Shown here: positions 8,570 through 15,959 of the stretch, piece after piece
How the letters are laid out: the number at the start of each line of letters is the position of its first letter
How positions within the stretch are numbered: the stretch's first letter is position 1
Assembly (NCBI GenBank): GCA_964429555.1
Contig: CAYSDD010000001.1
Coordinates: 15,627-79,626, forward strand
Length of the DNA stretch: 64,000 bases
Origin: an uncultured Syntrophaceae bacterium
GTDB lineage: Bacteria; Desulfobacterota; Syntrophia; Syntrophales; UBA2192
Direction of reading: 5' to 3'
Translations under genes and position numbers: made by a program
Notes under the pieces: model-generated
What the model was told of the DNA's origin: nothing
The model's input: only the letters and a program-made list of their open reading frames with translations
The model's database searches: none

Positions 8570-9964
8570 TCAGGCCCCCTGCCCTCCGCGCCGCCCAAAG
8601 GACGCGATCAAGCGCGCCAGCGCCCTCGGCCGGCTCGCGAGGTGGAGATGGGCGTAGCTGGCCAGGATGTTGCCCCTCTGGAACCCCTCCTCGACGGGGA
8701 CCTCGACGCGCGGCTTGCGCATGCGGTAGACGGAGCGCCAGCCCTCGACGCCCACGAGGCTTGCCGTGAGCGTGGAGTGGTGGAACTCGTGGCCCCGGGC
8801 CGTCTCGCCGGCGAGGCCCCAGAGGGCGTCCTCCTTCAAGGTCACCTCCAGGTACGCCAGCGCCTGCAGCCCGCGGTGCATCTTCGTTGCCGCCGGCAGC
8901 ACGCCCGCCATGGGGTGCCGTTTCCCGTCGACCGTCTCCATCTCCCGGCAGAGGTACATGAGCCCGCCGCACTCGGCGTAAACGGGCCGGCCCGAGGCCG
9001 CAAAATCCCTGATTGCGGCCAGCATGGGGGCGTTCGACGAAAGCTCCGCGGCCATCTCCTCGGGGTAGCCGCCGCCGAGGTAGAGGCCGTCGAGATCCTC
9101 CGGCAGGGCCCTGTCCGCGGCGGGCGAGAACCGGACGAGGGTGCATCCCCCGTCTTCCAGCTCGTCGAGGACATCCCGGTAGTAGAAATGAAACGCCGCG
9201 TCGTGGGCCAACCCCAGGCGGGCCCTGCCCGTCAAGCCCTTTCTCTCCGGCGCCTCCACGTAGAGGAACGGCGCGCTGCGGGCGAGGTTGACGATCTCTC
9301 CGATTTCCGAGTAGTGCTCGAAGGCATCGGCCAGGGCCTCCAGGGCCTGCGGAGGGAGATTGCGCGAATCCGCCGTCACGAGGCCCAGGTGCCTCTCGGG
9401 CAGCGCCGGCAGCGCCCCCCGGGGGATGGCCGCGACCATGGGCGGCAGGCGCGAGGCCTGAAGCGCCTCGGCCAGCATGATTCCGTGCCGCACGGAGCCG
9501 CAGTGGTTGGCCATGACGCCCGCCACCCGGACCTTGCGCTCGAAGGCGGCAAAGCCCTTCACGACGGCTGCAAGGCTCCGGGCCATTCCGTAGACGTCGG
9601 CCACCAGGATCACGGGGGCCCTGAGCCATGCGGCGATCTCGGCCGTGCTTCCCTCGAGGCTGTCGTGCCCGGCCCCGTCGAAAAGCCCCATGACCCCCTC
9701 GATGACGGCGATGTCGGCATCGGCCGTGGCGCGAGCCACGAGCCTCTCCACGTAGTCGCGTCCCATCATCCAGCCGTCGAGGTTGTAGCAGGGCCGTCCC
9801 GAGGCGACGGCAAGGTAGGACGGATCCAGGAAATCGGGCCCGACCTTGAAGGTCTGGACCCTCGTTCCCCGGCGGCGAAGCGCCGCCACGAGGGCGAGGG
9901 TGAGCGACGTTTTCCCCACGCCGCTTTCCGTCCCGCCGATGACAATCCGGGGGCAGTCGATCAT
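8570..9964 (-). CDS. cbiA: Cobyrinate a,c-diamide synthase
   Basis: MIDCPRIVIGGTESGVGKTSLTLALVAALRRRG (P-loop), ...KVGPDFLDPSY..., and a C-terminal GATase-like domain containing ECGGLMYL. Confidence 0.9.
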   Translation of the reverse strand: MIDCPRIVIGGTESGVGKTSLTLALVAALRRRGTRVQTFKVGPDFLDPSYLAVASGRPCYNLDGWMMGRDYVERLVARATADADIAVIEGVMGLFDGAGHDSLEGSTAEIAAWLRAPVILVADVYGMARSLAAVVKGFAAFERKVRVAGVMANHCGSVRHGIMLAEALQASRLPPMVAAIPRGALPALPERHLGLVTADSRNLPPQALEALADAFEHYSEIGEIVNLARSAPFLYVEAPERKGLTGRARLGLAHDAAFHFYYRDVLDELEDGGCTLVRFSPAADRALPEDLDGLYLGGGYPEEMAAELSSNAPMLAAIRDFAASGRPVYAECGGLMYLCREMETVDGKRHPMAGVLPAATKMHRGLQALAYLEVTLKEDALWGLAGETARGHEFHHSTLTASLVGVEGWRSVYRMRKPRVEVPVEEGFQRGNILASYAHLHLASRPRALARLIASFGRRGGQGA

Positions 9965-10044
9965 GGTGTCACCTGTGTGTAAAGATGGCTAATGGCTTAA
10001 GGCTAAGGGCAAAAACCAAGTAGCAAATGGCCCCGCGCCTCGCC

Positions 10045-11001
10045 TTATTTCAGCAACGCGGCAAGCCCCTTGTGCGCCAGGGCGAAGACCGTCGCGGCCA
10101 GGATCGTCGTGGCGAAGAGCACCGCGTTTGCCTGCCGGATGTGATTCGGCTCCAGCCTCTGCAGCGGGTCCCCCATGAAGGGCTGGGGATCGAAGGAACC
10201 CCCGCGGAACACCGGCCCGCCCAGCTGTACCCCCAGGGCCCCCGCCATGGCCGCCTCGGGAAGCGCTGCATTGAGGTTGTCCTGGACCGCCCCGTCGCGC
10301 CGGCTCACGCGCAGGGCGGCCAGGGGCCTCATCCCGAGAAGCATCGCCGCGAGCGCTATGAACAGAACCGTCACCCGGGCCGGCAGCCAGTTTGCCAGCC
10401 GGTCGAGCCAGGCGGAGAACCGCCCGAAATCATAGTATTGCTCGTTCTTGTGTCCGAAGGCCGAGTCGAGGGCGTCGATGGCCTTGTAGAGAATGACGCC
10501 CAGGGGGCCGAAGAGGAAGGCGCAGATCAGCGGGGCCATGACCCCGTCGACGCCGTGGCGCGCGACGCTCTCGATGGCGGTCCGCGTTACCTCCTCGCGG
10601 TCCATGCGGTCCGTGTCGCGCCGCACCATCTCCGAGACGCGCTTGCGCGCCAGGGGCAGATTGCCCACCTCGAGGGCGCGGTAGACCTCCGAGGCCTGGT
10701 CCGCCAGGAATCTCGCGGAGAGGGCCGTGTAAAAGACCCAGATCGAAAGCGCCGTGTGCGCCCAGGGGTGCAGCAACGCCGCAAGCCTCAGGAGCCCCCA
10801 GGCCGCAAGGCCCGCAAGGCCGAGGACCATCACGGCTGTCAGCAGCCCCGCCTCACGGGGCGATTTGAGCATCCCTCGGATCGAGGGTTCCAGGGCGAGG
10901 GCAAATCGCCGCATCATCCTCGCCGGGTGGGGAAGCCCGCGGGGATCCCCGAACAGCAGGTCGAGGAACAGGGCGATCAGGATCTGGATCTCGAGGCTCA
11001 T
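10045..11001 (-). CDS. cbiB: Adenosylcobinamide-phosphate synthase (CobD/CbiB)
   Basis: ALFLDLLFGDPRGLPHPARMMRRF is the CobD/CbiB N-terminal signature. It is a polytopic membrane protein directly upstream of cbiA on the same strand. Confidence 0.9.
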   Translation of the reverse strand: MSLEIQILIALFLDLLFGDPRGLPHPARMMRRFALALEPSIRGMLKSPREAGLLTAVMVLGLAGLAAWGLLRLAALLHPWAHTALSIWVFYTALSARFLADQASEVYRALEVGNLPLARKRVSEMVRRDTDRMDREEVTRTAIESVARHGVDGVMAPLICAFLFGPLGVILYKAIDALDSAFGHKNEQYYDFGRFSAWLDRLANWLPARVTVLFIALAAMLLGMRPLAALRVSRRDGAVQDNLNAALPEAAMAGALGVQLGGPVFRGGSFDPQPFMGDPLQRLEPNHIRQANAVLFATTILAATVFALAHKGLAALLK

Positions 11002-11059
11002 GTCGCGCGTAATATACAGGAATTTTGGTCATTTCGAAAGGTTCAAGCCGCATGGCGAA

Positions 11060-12370
11060 TTGCCTCACAATAAATGTTACCGGGGACGAGTTTCCGTAAG
11101 GGTCGTTGACTCATAATTCATGTTACCGGGAGAGAGACCTTCTCCAGGAGCCATGACGATGAGTCCGCGAACCAAACGGGAGTACCTCGAAGCCGTCCAC
11201 CGCCGATACAAGAACGCCACCCGGGACCAGAAGAGCCTCATCCTCGATGAGTACTGCGCCACCACGGGGTGCCATCGCAAGCATGCCATCCGGCAGCTCA
11301 ACGGCTTTCAGCGATTCACCGCCCCCAAACCCAAGAAGCGGGGGCGAAAGACCCTCTACGATCCCGAGGCCGTCCTCCGACCGCTGAAGAAGATCTGGCT
11401 GGCGGCCAATCTGCCCTGCTCCAAGCGCCTCAAGCCCATCGTGGCGCTCTGGCTGCCGGGCTACGAGGCCTCCTTCGGGACCCTGGCCCCGAAGGCCAGG
11501 GCGGCCCTGCTGCGGATCTCGGCGGCCACCATCGATCGCCTCCTCCAACCCACCCGAGAGCAGATGGCGCATCGGGGACGGGCCACCACCAAGCCCGGCG
11601 CCCTGCTGCGCAACCAGATCCCCCTGGGCACCAACCAGTGGGATCAAACCCAACCGGGCTTCCTGGAGGCCGACACCGTCGCCCACTGCGGGCTCTCCAT
11701 GGCCGGCCAGTTCGTCTACAGCCTCGACTGCGTCGATATCGCAACCACCTGGACCGAACAGCGGGCCCTCTGGGGCCGCGGCGAGCAGGGTGTGCTGGAG
11801 CAGCTCCAGGACATCGAGCAGCACCTGCCCTTTGAGATCCTGGGCTTCGACTGCGACAACGGCGGCGAGTTCCTCAACCGACATCTCGTGCGCCACTTCA
11901 CCGAACGAGTCCGGCCCGTTCAGTTCACCCGCAGCCGCGCCTACCGAAAGGACGACAACGCCCACGTCGAACAGAAAAACTGGACCCACATCCGCCAGTG
12001 GCTCGGCTATGAACGCTTCGATGACCCGGCCCTGGTCCCCTTGCTCAACGAGCTGTACCGCACCGAGTGGCGGCTCTTTCACAACTTCTTCTGCCCCTCG
12101 GTGAAACTCCTGGAAAAGGAACGGATCGGCGCCAGGACCCGCAAACGCTACGACACCCCGAAAACCCCGTACCAGAGGGTCATGGCGTCCAACGCCATCC
12201 CTCGAAAAACCAAAATCGCCCTCGCCGCTCAGTTCCGGACTCTCAACCCCTTCGTGCTCCGGGAGGCCATGGAACGCAAGCTTAAAAAAATCTTCGATCT
12301 CTGCTATAAGCGGGCTCTCTCCCGTCAGCGACCTGGGCCCCCTCCTCGGTAACATTTATTTATGAGGCAA
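11060..12370 (+). mobile_element. Insertion sequence (~1311 bp) with a single DDE transposase
   Basis: The terminal inverted repeats are TTGCCTCAcAATAAATGTTACCGgGGA (11060-11086) and the reverse complement of 12343-12370 (TTGCCTCAtaAATAAATGTTACCGaGGA). A second terminal-like copy tcataattcATGTTACCGGGA lies at 11111-11131. Subterminal CGGGAGAGAG sits at 11127-11136, with its inverted partner at 12316-12327. No clear target-site duplication is visible. Confidence 0.8.
11153..12352 (+). CDS. DDE (integrase-core/rve type) transposase; family uncertain (ISNCY-like by recollection)
   Basis: The N-terminal HTH is KREYLEAVHRRYKNATRDQKSLILDEYCATTGCHRKHAIRQL. The catalytic triad context is LEADTV..., FDCDNGGEF..., DNAHVEQKNW. 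The start is either ATG 11153 (AGGAG upstream) or ATG 11120. Confidence 0.85.
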   Translation: MTMSPRTKREYLEAVHRRYKNATRDQKSLILDEYCATTGCHRKHAIRQLNGFQRFTAPKPKKRGRKTLYDPEAVLRPLKKIWLAANLPCSKRLKPIVALWLPGYEASFGTLAPKARAALLRISAATIDRLLQPTREQMAHRGRATTKPGALLRNQIPLGTNQWDQTQPGFLEADTVAHCGLSMAGQFVYSLDCVDIATTWTEQRALWGRGEQGVLEQLQDIEQHLPFEILGFDCDNGGEFLNRHLVRHFTERVRPVQFTRSRAYRKDDNAHVEQKNWTHIRQWLGYERFDDPALVPLLNELYRTEWRLFHNFFCPSVKLLEKERIGARTRKRYDTPKTPYQRVMASNAIPRKTKIALAAQFRTLNPFVLREAMERKLKKIFDLCYKRALSRQRPGPPPR

Positions 12371-12389
12371 CGGGATGGTCGTCACTTGC

Positions 12390-12418
12390 TTGACGGACCG
12401 GCGGAAAGGGGTTATACG
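12390..12418 (+). promoter_or_regulatory. Sigma-70-like promoter candidate for rnk with overlapping palindrome
   Basis: TTGACG-N17-TATACG. The perfect palindrome CGTTACAaaaaTGTAACG (12417-12434) overlaps the -10/+1 region and looks like an operator. Confidence 0.4.
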
Positions 12419-12539
12419 TTACAAAAATGTAACGATCATGAAGGGGTCCAGAATTCGTTCTGGAGGGAACCGGGACATGGTCGGGCCGCCGTCTCAGTTT
12501 GAGGTTGCGGCCTTTACGTTTGTCCTCAAGGAGGCAGCC

Positions 12540-12956
12540 GTGAGCGAGAGACAGATCTGGATCACCACGTTCGACCTGGAGAGGCTTAGCAGTCTCATCG
12601 ACGGGGTCCGGGCCGCGGGCCCGCAGAAGAAGTCCTACCTCGCCGAGTTGGAGAAGGAACTCGAGCGGGCCAGGGTGGTGGCCCCCCGGGAAATCCCGGG
12701 CGATGTCATCACGATGAACTCGACCGCCCGCATCCGGGACCTCGAGTCGGGCGAGGAGACAACGTACGCGCTTGTGTTTCCCGCAGACGCGCGCATCGAG
12801 GAAAACCGGATCTCCGTACTCTCGGCAATCGGCACGGCGCTTATCGGCTACCGCGTCGGGGACACCATCGAGTGGCGGGTCCCGTCCGGGCTCAAGCGGC
12901 TCCGGGTCGAGCAGATTGTCTATCAGCCGGAGGCCTCCGGTCACTATGACCGCTGA
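12540..12956 (+). CDS. rnk: GreA/GreB-family regulator of nucleoside diphosphate kinase (Rnk)
   Basis: GTG 12540 is preceded by AGGAGG. The 138-aa product contains ...VITMNSTARIRDLESGEE...VLSAIGTALIGYRVGDTIEW...YQPEASGHY, which matches E. coli Rnk in length and motifs. Confidence 0.8.
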   Translation: MSERQIWITTFDLERLSSLIDGVRAAGPQKKSYLAELEKELERARVVAPREIPGDVITMNSTARIRDLESGEETTYALVFPADARIEENRISVLSAIGTALIGYRVGDTIEWRVPSGLKRLRVEQIVYQPEASGHYDR

Positions 12957-13058
12957 CATTGCCGCGGCGATCTCTCCGCCTCCGGCGCTTCTCCGGGCCC
13001 GGCACCCGATTCGCCCGGGGCGGAAACGGCATCGACACCCGGGAAGAGGGTCAAAGGG

Positions 13059-13796
13059 ATGATGAAGAACCCCGGCAAGAAACAGCAAGCGCAGGACATG
13101 GCGATCCTGCGTCGCGCCGTCGAGGAGCGGGATGCGATGCTTCACGATCTTCGGCAGCGGGAAGCGGCGTCGAGGAAAGCGGCGGAAAAGTACCGCATCA
13201 TCGCCGACAACACCTACGACTGGGAATTCTGGCTCGGGCCGAATGCCCAGTTCATCTACTCATCACCCTCGTGCGAAAGAATCTCGGGCTATCTCGCGGA
13301 CGAATTCGAGACGGATCCCACCCTGTTTTACCGGATCATCCACCCCGAGGATCTCGCCCGCGTGAACGAGCACATGAGTTGCAGGAAATACGAACCCGGC
13401 CTGGCCGAGATCGAGTTTCGGATCATCCGCCGGGACGGTGCCGAGCGGTGGGTTGCCCTGGCTTTTCAGCCGGTCTACGACGGCTCGTCGAGGTTTCTAG
13501 GCACGCGGGGAAGCAATCGGGACGTCACCGAACGGAAGCGTGCGGAGGCGGAGCGCGAAAAGCTCATCGGCGAGCTTCGCGATGCGCTGTCGCGCGTCAA
13601 GCTGCTGAGCGGGCTGCTCCCCATCTGTGCCTCCTGCAAGAAGATCCGGGACGACAAGGGCTACTGGAACCAGATCGAGTCCTATATCCGGGACCACTCG
13701 GAGGCCCATTTCAGCCACGGGATCTGTCCCGAGTGCGCACGAAAGGAATACCCGGAGCTCTTCGCGGAAACGGTGAAGAGGAAAACAGGCAAATAG
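13059..13796 (+). CDS. PAS-domain sensor protein with a conserved Cys/His-rich C-terminal tail and no classical output domain
   Basis: The protein has a coiled-coil N-terminus and a PAS core YRIIADNTYDWEFWLGPNAQFIYSSPSCERISGY...RIIRRDGAERWV...RDVTERKRAE. The tail is LLPICASCKKIRDDKGYWNQIESYIRDHSEAHFSHGICPEC. Confidence 0.8.
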   Translation: MMKNPGKKQQAQDMAILRRAVEERDAMLHDLRQREAASRKAAEKYRIIADNTYDWEFWLGPNAQFIYSSPSCERISGYLADEFETDPTLFYRIIHPEDLARVNEHMSCRKYEPGLAEIEFRIIRRDGAERWVALAFQPVYDGSSRFLGTRGSNRDVTERKRAEAEREKLIGELRDALSRVKLLSGLLPICASCKKIRDDKGYWNQIESYIRDHSEAHFSHGICPECARKEYPELFAETVKRKTGK

Positions 13797-13911
13797 CGAC
13801 GAAATCCTTGAAACCGAAAGGCCGGGGATGCGGGCCGGACCGGTATTGCGTCAGGCCTCGAGACCCGCAGCCTCACGTCCGTGACCTGCCCGTGGCTTGC
13901 CTGCGGGAAGC

Positions 13912-13942
13912 AAAAGGCCCCCACCGATGCGCGGAAGGGGCC
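13912..13942 (-). terminator. Rho-independent terminator of the micro-ORF operon (minus strand)
   Basis: On the minus strand this reads GGCCCC-ttccgcgcatcggtg-GGGGCC followed by TTTTGCTT. It lies 50 nt downstream of the micro-ORF A stop. Confidence 0.55.
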
Positions 13943-13992
13943 CTCAGCAAGGAGAACATCCTGTATATGTGAACGCGGCCCTGGCCGCCGGT

Positions 13993-14076
13993 TTACTTTC
14001 CGACAAAAGCGGGAAAGCACATGGGGTCCGCCCAGAACTTCTTGTCCTTCTTGATTCCCTTCGCCGTCTTTTTCAT
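13993..14076 (-). CDS. Micro-ORF A, 27 aa: MKKTAKGIKKDKKFWADPMCFPAFVGK
   Basis: Not in the ORF track because it is too short. ATG 14076 has GGAGG 7 nt upstream; GC3 is about 78%. It shares the W-x-D-P-M-C-F-P core with its neighbours. Confidence 0.6.
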   Translation of the reverse strand: MKKTAKGIKKDKKFWADPMCFPAFVGK

Positions 14077-14089
14077 CTTGCAGCCTCCT

Positions 14090-14236
14090 TTACGGCTTGT
14101 GTTTGAGTCTATCGGCCGGTCCCTCGAATTCCGGAAAGCACATGGGGTCATACCAGATGCCGCCACGCCTGTAGACCTTGTCTTTCTCCGGTCTCCGCCT
14201 TTTCTTCACGTCGTTTCCGCGCATCGACGTCGCCAT
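14090..14236 (-). CDS. Micro-ORF B, 48 aa: MATSMRGNDVKKRRRPEKDKVYRRGGIWYDPMCFPEFEGPADRLKHKP
   Basis: ATG 14236 has GGGAGG upstream. Its stop (14090-14092) abuts the SD of ORF A, with a 13-nt gap. It shares the same core motif. Confidence 0.6.
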   Translation of the reverse strand: MATSMRGNDVKKRRRPEKDKVYRRGGIWYDPMCFPEFEGPADRLKHKP

Positions 14237-14245
14237 GATTCCTCC

Positions 14246-14338
14246 CTAGCGGCCTCGCTTCGGCGCGTAGACGGGGAAGCTCATCGGGTCTGTCCAGTAC
14301 TTCTTGTCCAGCTTTGCGTTCTTGCCTCTTTCCTTCAT
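14246..14338 (-). CDS. Micro-ORF C, 30 aa: MKERGKNAKLDKKYWTDPMSFPVYAPKRGR
   Basis: ATG 14338 has GAGGAGG 8 nt upstream. Its stop TAG (14246-14248) lies inside the SD of ORF B, with a 9-nt gap. The core motif has Ser in place of Cys. Confidence 0.6.
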   Translation of the reverse strand: MKERGKNAKLDKKYWTDPMSFPVYAPKRGR

Positions 14339-14375
14339 GACCATACCTCCTCGAGTGTTTATGCGAGCCCCGGGG

Positions 14376-14507
14376 TCAGCGTGCGAGGCCATTGCGGGGA
14401 GGCAGGATGGGGTCCTCCCACACCCTGTCCACCCTCTCGCCCATCAGGTTGATCCGGGGGTCTCTGGTAACCCTGCTGTGTGCCGTCGTTTGAATCCGCG
14501 TCATCAT
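14376..14507 (-). CDS. Micro-ORF D, 43 aa: MMTRIQTTAHSRVTRDPRINLMGERVDRVWEDPILPPRNGLAR (divergent paralogue)
   Basis: This is the C-terminal part of track ORF 14376..14708. The ATG-ATG at 14507 follows a weak SD (AAGGGAA). It retains the W-x-D-P-I-x-P-P core. Whether the short or the long form is made is unresolved. Confidence 0.45.
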   Translation of the reverse strand: MMTRIQTTAHSRVTRDPRINLMGERVDRVWEDPILPPRNGLAR

Positions 14508-14839
14508 GTCTTGTTCCCTTTCGTCACCCCCAATATACGGTTTTTTTGTTTCCGGAAAATCGGCGGCGGTCTGAATCTTGGGTAGGAAAGCCGGACTTTC
14601 GAAGGGCAGAGGGCGTCTGAGTGGACCATAGGAGGTATGCCTATGGCGCCATACTGCTCTTGATCCGGTTGCATGCGGGCGAAGGAACGCATTGATCGCT
14701 TTGTTCACCGCCGTTGAACGTTTCTTTCAAGAAAACCCCCTGTCGCTGGCCTCCCGGGCAGTGACGGGCACGCCGGGTCATGATCGATACTGTAATCGAT
14801 TCAACAACTTGCAGATTATCTGCCATCCTCCTTTCACGT

Positions 14840-14855
14840 TGGCACGCTCCTTCCA
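14840..14855 (+). promoter_or_regulatory. Sigma-54-like promoter candidate (imperfect -12)
   Basis: TGGCACgctccTTCCA has a perfect -24 element, but the -12 is TTCC rather than TTGC. It lies 45 nt upstream of ATG 14900. Confidence 0.35.
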
Positions 14856-14899
14856 ATACGGATAGGCAAGAACACAAACACACCGAGGAGGACCTGACC

Positions 14900-15172
14900 A
14901 TGAAAAAGACGCTTTCCACCCTGATTCTTTCCGCCGCCGTCGTTCTGATCACCGCCGGCTTCGCCTTTGCCGAGTACGCGGCAGCCGGGGCGGGCAACTT
15001 CCCCTACTTCCACCTGGGGGCCCTGATCGTGGGGGGCATGACGATCGTATCGCTCAAGCAGAAGTACGAGAAGCTCTACCTCAGCGAGGCGGTGGGCAGC
15101 TTTGCGATGTACGCGGTGCTGGTGGCGCTCTTCACGAGCCCGGTGGCCGAGGCGATCAGGAATCTCATGTAA
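14900..15172 (+). CDS. Small membrane/secreted protein (90 aa), unknown function
   Basis: GAGGAGG RBS and signal peptide MKKTLSTLILSAAVVLITAGFAFA, followed by two hydrophobic segments. Confidence 0.65.
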   Translation: MKKTLSTLILSAAVVLITAGFAFAEYAAAGAGNFPYFHLGALIVGGMTIVSLKQKYEKLYLSEAVGSFAMYAVLVALFTSPVAEAIRNLM

Positions 15173-15207
15173 GAGGTGTGCAGGACGCAAGACAGGAGGC
15201 AGGGGCC

Positions 15208-15459
15208 ATGGCAGCGCAGGTGAAGGCAAGAGTTCGGCAGATTGATTTTTCGCACATCCTGGTGATCGGTTCCTGGGGGTTTGCGATCGTGATTGCCTCG
15301 ATGCTGGCGCTGTACATGGGGTACCTGCTGGACGAGATGCTGCGGACGCCGCCGACGTTCATGCTGGGGCTGTTCTTCCTGGCGCTGCTGCTGTGCATCG
15401 GGCGGCTCTACAAGGATGCCTGGGACCGTGTGGGCACGAAGGAGAAGGCCCGGGGCTAG
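15208..15459 (+). CDS. AtpZ/AtpI-like small two-TM protein
   Basis: An AGGAGG RBS precedes ATG 15208. GFAIVIASMLALYMGYLLDEMLRTPPTFMLGLFFLALLLCIGRLYKDAW fits the pattern of the putative F0F1-ATPase subunit AtpZ/AtpI family, but no ATP synthase genes are nearby. Confidence 0.55.
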   Translation: MAAQVKARVRQIDFSHILVIGSWGFAIVIASMLALYMGYLLDEMLRTPPTFMLGLFFLALLLCIGRLYKDAWDRVGTKEKARG

Positions 15460-15538
15460 AGGCCCGGGGAGCGAGGGAAACGAAACCCCCGACGAACGCA
15501 ACAGACAAGACAGACCGTAGAAGGTCCTCCAATAGAAA

Positions 15539-15576
15539 CCCCCTCTCCGCAAGGCGGCGGAGCGGGGGTTTTTTTA
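15539..15576 (+). terminator. Rho-independent terminator
   Basis: CCCCCTCTCCGC-aaggcg-GCGGAGCGGGGG followed by TTTTTTT. Confidence 0.8.
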
Positions 15577-15959
15577 TAACCGACGTGCCCTGCCCTGGGC
15601 GTGCGTCCGGTTCCCCAAGCAAGGGTTCTGCCCTCTCGTCCTCTCCTGCCCCGCGGCGCCCGCCTTCGGGGCGGGCCCCTGCGGGCACGGCATTTCCGGG
15701 GGCCGCGTCCGAAGCGTCAAGGCCCTCGCGCGACGTGAAATCCCCATTTGACATGCAGAATGGCCATGCCTTAGACTTCGGCCATCGAGATCGAATTCCC
15801 CTCGGGCCGGGGATGAGGGCCCCGCTGTGCACACACGCACCGGCGGGATGTCCGCGGCGGGCGGCAAAGAGAATTCCGCCGGGCGAGGAGAGCGATCCGG
15901 ATTGCCGCTTGCACTGTCCCCGAGTCGCGTCCGCAGGGAAGGGGAGTCTGGAGGTGGTT

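Noticed and set aside
11002-11059. Expected cobalamin riboswitch upstream of cbiB (minus strand), possibly split by the IS
   Set aside because: I looked for a B12 box (GCCACTG) or GGTG..AATCC motifs on the minus strand in the 58-bp stub and beyond the IS (12371-12540) and found none. I therefore make no riboswitch claim.
11123-12355. 410-aa ORF mirroring the transposase on the opposite strand
   Set aside because: It has the same span as the transposase gene. Only the plus-strand product shows the HTH and the D-D-E integrase-core context.
12417-12434. Palindrome CGTTACAaaaaTGTAACG as a solo IS end remnant (it resembles the IS terminal AAATGTTACC)
   Set aside because: The similarity is limited to about 8 nt. 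Its position over the -10/+1 of the putative rnk promoter makes an operator a simpler explanation. It is kept only as a note in the promoter feature.
14021-14452. 143-aa plus-strand ORF over the micro-ORF region
   Set aside because: It lies antisense to the three SD-preceded micro-ORFs, has no RBS and no conserved repeated motif in its own frame, and its composition is odd. The minus-strand peptides explain the conservation pattern better.
14376-14708. Long (110-aa) version of micro-ORF D
   Set aside because: The N-terminal 67 residues run through the low-GC putative promoter region and show no similarity to paralogues A-C. I prefer the 43-aa form, but I cannot exclude the long one.
15899-15913. 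Sigma-54-like site cGGATTgccgcTTGCA upstream of uxaC
   Set aside because: The GG-N10-GC spacing and the -12 TTGCA fit, but the -24 half (CGGATT) is poor. An IclR repressor, not a bEBP, is the local regulator. The evidence is too weak to call.
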